From positions 48,346-112,345 of the forward strand of contig JBOEHD010000063.1 of NCBI GenBank assembly GCA_050633745.1: a stretch of DNA of 64,000 nt, given 5' to 3'. The DNA comes from Acidimicrobiales bacterium (lineage in GTDB: Bacteria > Actinomycetota > Acidimicrobiia > Acidimicrobiales > SZUA-35). The position numbers were made by a program, and so were the translations under genes. Each line of letters opens with the position of its first letter. The first letter of the stretch is position 1. The notes below the pieces were generated by a model. That model was not told the DNA's origin and searched no databases. It worked only from the letters and a program-made list of their open reading frames with translations. Shown here piece by piece: positions 62,084-64,000 of the stretch.

Positions 62084-62572
62084 CTACGACGCCTCGGCCG
62101 CTGGCTCGCCGAGTAACTGCTTCGCTGCGTTCCCGGCTCGGTTGTTCAGGTTGGCCTGCCCGGCAACCAGGATCAACTCAGATAGCTGTTCCTCGGTGAA
62201 GTGACTTCGCAACTCGGCCACAAGTTCGGGGTCGAGTTCGTGACTCTCACCGCACATGGCGTCTGCGAGGTGCAGCACCGCCCGGGATCGATCGTCGAAG
62301 ACGTCGTCCCAGGTTGCTGGCGCCTCGAGCGCGTTGATCTCGTCTTCGGTAACCCCTCGTCGTCTCGCCGAGACAACATGACCGGTGATTCAAGTGGGGC
62401 ATTGGTTGACGATCGAGCTGCGCAGGAACACCAGTTCCTTCAGCTGGGCCGGAGCCGCTCCCCCGTCTGCCCACAGGGTTTTTCCAAAGGCGTTGTACGG
62501 ATCGGTGGTTCCATCCACCTTGGCCAATACATAGGCCAACGGTGCACCGGATAGCTTCGGTCGACTCTTCAC
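62084..62572 (-). CDS. AhpD / carboxymuconolactone-decarboxylase (CMD) family protein with one in-frame TGA (62390-62392): candidate selenoprotein, alternatively a pseudogene
   Basis: Track ORFs 62390-62572 and 62084-62278 share one frame. They are separated only by the TGA and 37 stop-free codons. The joined translation reads LKELVFLRSSIVNQCPT[TGA]ITGHVVSARRRGVTEDEINAL...LHLADAMCGE..., the CMD core, with the TGA where the second Cys of CxxCxxxH belongs. Confidence 0.6.
62359..62377 (-). promoter_or_regulatory. Hairpin downstream of the in-frame TGA (candidate bacterial SECIS element)
   Basis: mRNA GUUGUCUC-GGC-GAGACGAC forms 8 bp including one G-U pair. It starts 13 nt after the UGA, which puts the G-containing apical loop about 20 nt from the UGA. 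Confidence 0.35.
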
Positions 62573-62743
62573 GAGACCCAGTATGTCTTACGCAGCTAGA
62601 AGTGCGCTCAAAACCCCTGAGACCGGAACCGACGGGAACCCACAGCCTGTGAATAACACTGTTGAAATTACAGCGTTGGCACTAATCCAGGGCCCTGGGA
62701 GCCTGTGGTTTACCTGGCGAAATCCACAGTGTGTTTCTCAGCC

Positions 62744-63499
62744 TCAGTCGATTTTGGCTGCACCGCCGAGGAAGAGGTGTCCGATCTGGGGATGATCGAG
62801 CACTTCTTGGGCGGTGCCCGCCAAGGCGACCCGACCCTGTTGCATAACGATGCAGTTGTCGCTGATCTCCAGCGCTTTCTTGGCGTTCTGCTCGATCATC
62901 AACACGCTCACCCCATCGTCGGTCAACGAGCGAAGCAAGCCGAAGACTTGCTCGACCAAGATCGGGGAAAGGCCGATCGATGGCTCATCGATGAGCAGCA
63001 GCTTCGGTTCAAGCAACATGGCCCGGCCAACTTCCAGCATCTTCTGTTCGCCGCCGCTGAGCGTGCCTGCCTGATCGTTGGCCTTCTGCCTAAGAATCGG
63101 AAACTGGGTGAAGGCGATCGACTCGATCCGCTCCCGACACAGTGACAGGTTGCCGAGGCTTACCCCGCCAAGCTCGAGATTGCTGCGGACCGTCATGCTG
63201 GGAAAGATGTTTCGACCCTGAGGCACAAAGGCGATTCCGCGGGCGAGCAGTTGGGGCTGGCTGAGCCCAACAACATCGTCGGCACCAAAAAGAATGCGCC
63301 CGGAACGAACCTTGACCAATCCGAAGACGGCCTTGAGCGCCGTCGACTTTCCGGCGCCGTTGGGGCCGATGATCGTCGTGAGCTTGCCCTGTTCCACATC
63401 GAAGGTGGTCTCGTGGAGGATCGTGGTCGAGCCGTAGCCACCGACCACATCGATGAGTTGGAGCGTCGGGTCAGCTGCCACCAAGATATGCCTCCACAA
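62744..63499 (-). CDS. livF: Branched-chain amino acid ABC transporter ATP-binding protein (LivF type)
   Basis: Walker A GPNGAGKST, signature LSGGEQKMLEVGRAM, Walker B LLLIDEPSIGLSP, and the C-terminal AYLGG-like FLGG. The start may be a few codons downstream of 63499. Confidence 0.9.
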   Translation of the reverse strand: MWRHILVAADPTLQLIDVVGGYGSTTILHETTFDVEQGKLTTIIGPNGAGKSTALKAVFGLVKVRSGRILFGADDVVGLSQPQLLARGIAFVPQGRNIFPSMTVRSNLELGGVSLGNLSLCRERIESIAFTQFPILRQKANDQAGTLSGGEQKMLEVGRAMLLEPKLLLIDEPSIGLSPILVEQVFGLLRSLTDDGVSVLMIEQNAKKALEISDNCIVMQQGRVALAGTAQEVLDHPQIGHLFLGGAAKID

Positions 63500-64000
63500 C
63501 TCTTGAGTCGTTCCGGACCTCGTCCGGGGTGCCTTCCATGAGCACCGCGCCCTCGGCCATCACGATGATGCGATGAGCGAGGTTGAAGATGAATTCCATG
63601 TTGTGCTCAACGATTACCATCGTCGCCCCGTCGGTCTCGTTCATGTCGCGTATCTGTCGCTCGACATCGGCCAGCATCGTGAGGTTGACGCCTCCGGCCG
63701 GTTCGTCGAGAAATGCCACCGCAGGATTCGAGACCAATGCCATGGCGGTATCCAACAGTTTCTGTTGGCCGTAGCTCAGGTTCCCAGCCAGCTCGTCGGC
63801 CAGGTGGGCGAGCCGGAATCGCTCGATGAGCCGGTCGACATCGGCATCCAAGCCCATCCCCGGGCTTCGGAACAGTCGACTAGCTACCGAGCCGATGTGC
63901 TCCTGGGCCGCAGCCTTTAGGTTGTCGCGAACCGACATCGATTCGAAGACCTGAAGCAGTTGAAAGGTGCGAGCTAAGCCATGCTTGGCTCGCCGCGGTG
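63471..64000 (-). CDS. livG: Branched-chain amino acid ABC transporter ATP-binding protein (LivG type), 5'-truncated by the window edge
   Basis: The frame stays open upstream of the track ATG to the window end (..GLARTFQLLQVFESMSVRDNL). Signature LSYGQQKLLDTAMAL, Walker B AFLDEPAGG, IVEHNMEF, and C-terminal AYLGGS. Confidence 0.9.
   Translation of the reverse strand, partial: PRRAKHGLARTFQLLQVFESMSVRDNLKAAAQEHIGSVASRLFRSPGMGLDADVDRLIERFRLAHLADELAGNLSYGQQKLLDTAMALVSNPAVAFLDEPAGGVNLTMLADVERQIRDMNETDGATMVIVEHNMEFIFNLAHRIIVMAEGAVLMEGTPDEVRNDSRVVEAYLGGS

Noticed and set aside
62084-62572. Treating 62390-62572 and 62084-62278 as two independent small genes
   Set aside because: Neither half is a complete CMD/AhpD domain. 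They are in frame and contiguous apart from one TGA, and the 37 codons between the TGA and the second track ORF continue the family motif (ITGHVVSARRRGVTEDEI). I therefore call one gene, either a selenoprotein or a pseudogene.
62573-62743. Several short inverted repeats (CTGTGG...CCACAG, CCAGGGCCCTGG) between livF and the AhpD-like gene, considered as a Rho-independent terminator or riboswitch
   Set aside because: No stem is followed by a U-tract, and the loops are either too long (15 nt) or too short (2 nt). I cannot match the region to any RNA family by eye, so it stays unannotated.

Overview
GC-rich window with strong third-position GC bias and many 4-nt stop/start overlaps. It looks like an actinobacterial chromosome segment, possibly a marine or acidimicrobial lineage; that is a guess from protein style only. 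All calls come from reading motifs in the supplied translations and DNA, with no database search. I can support about 58 protein-coding genes. I found no rRNA, tRNA, CRISPR array or transposase.

Contents in order:
1. Two paralogous, translationally coupled ECF-sigma/Ser-Thr-kinase pairs in inverted orientation (1-2062 and 7551-9934). They bracket small-molecule enzymes, an HNH nuclease and a secreted GH26-like hydrolase. The hydrolase carries the same Ig-like module as the kinase ectodomains.
2. An MCP-domain protein with a polytopic membrane sensor, an M1-like peptidase and a 5'-nucleotidase.
3. An LLM oxidoreductase, haloalkane dehalogenase and formamidase group.
4. A DUF222-type HNH gene.
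5. A roughly 18 kb run of 15 genes on the minus strand (22836-40710). It contains two Rieske oxygenases, a VOC dioxygenase-like protein, a cupin, HyuA/HyuB, a CoA ligase, a BMP-type ABC importer, an MDR reductase, an O-methyltransferase, an amidohydrolase and an LLM oxidoreductase. An adjacent GntR regulator and three copies of a GntR-type operator motif accompany it.
6. A NarL-type two-component system followed by a translationally coupled glycan locus (50355-59224): three glycosyltransferases, an MsbA-like exporter, UDP-glucose dehydrogenase and two APH-like kinases.
7. An OmpR-type two-component system.
8. An AhpD/CMD-family gene interrupted by one in-frame TGA exactly at the second Cys of its CxxC motif, with a hairpin just downstream. 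This makes it a candidate selenoprotein.
9. The livF and livG ABC ATPase genes at the right edge.

Many long ORFs in the track are antisense or out-of-frame shadows typical of high-GC DNA and were rejected.
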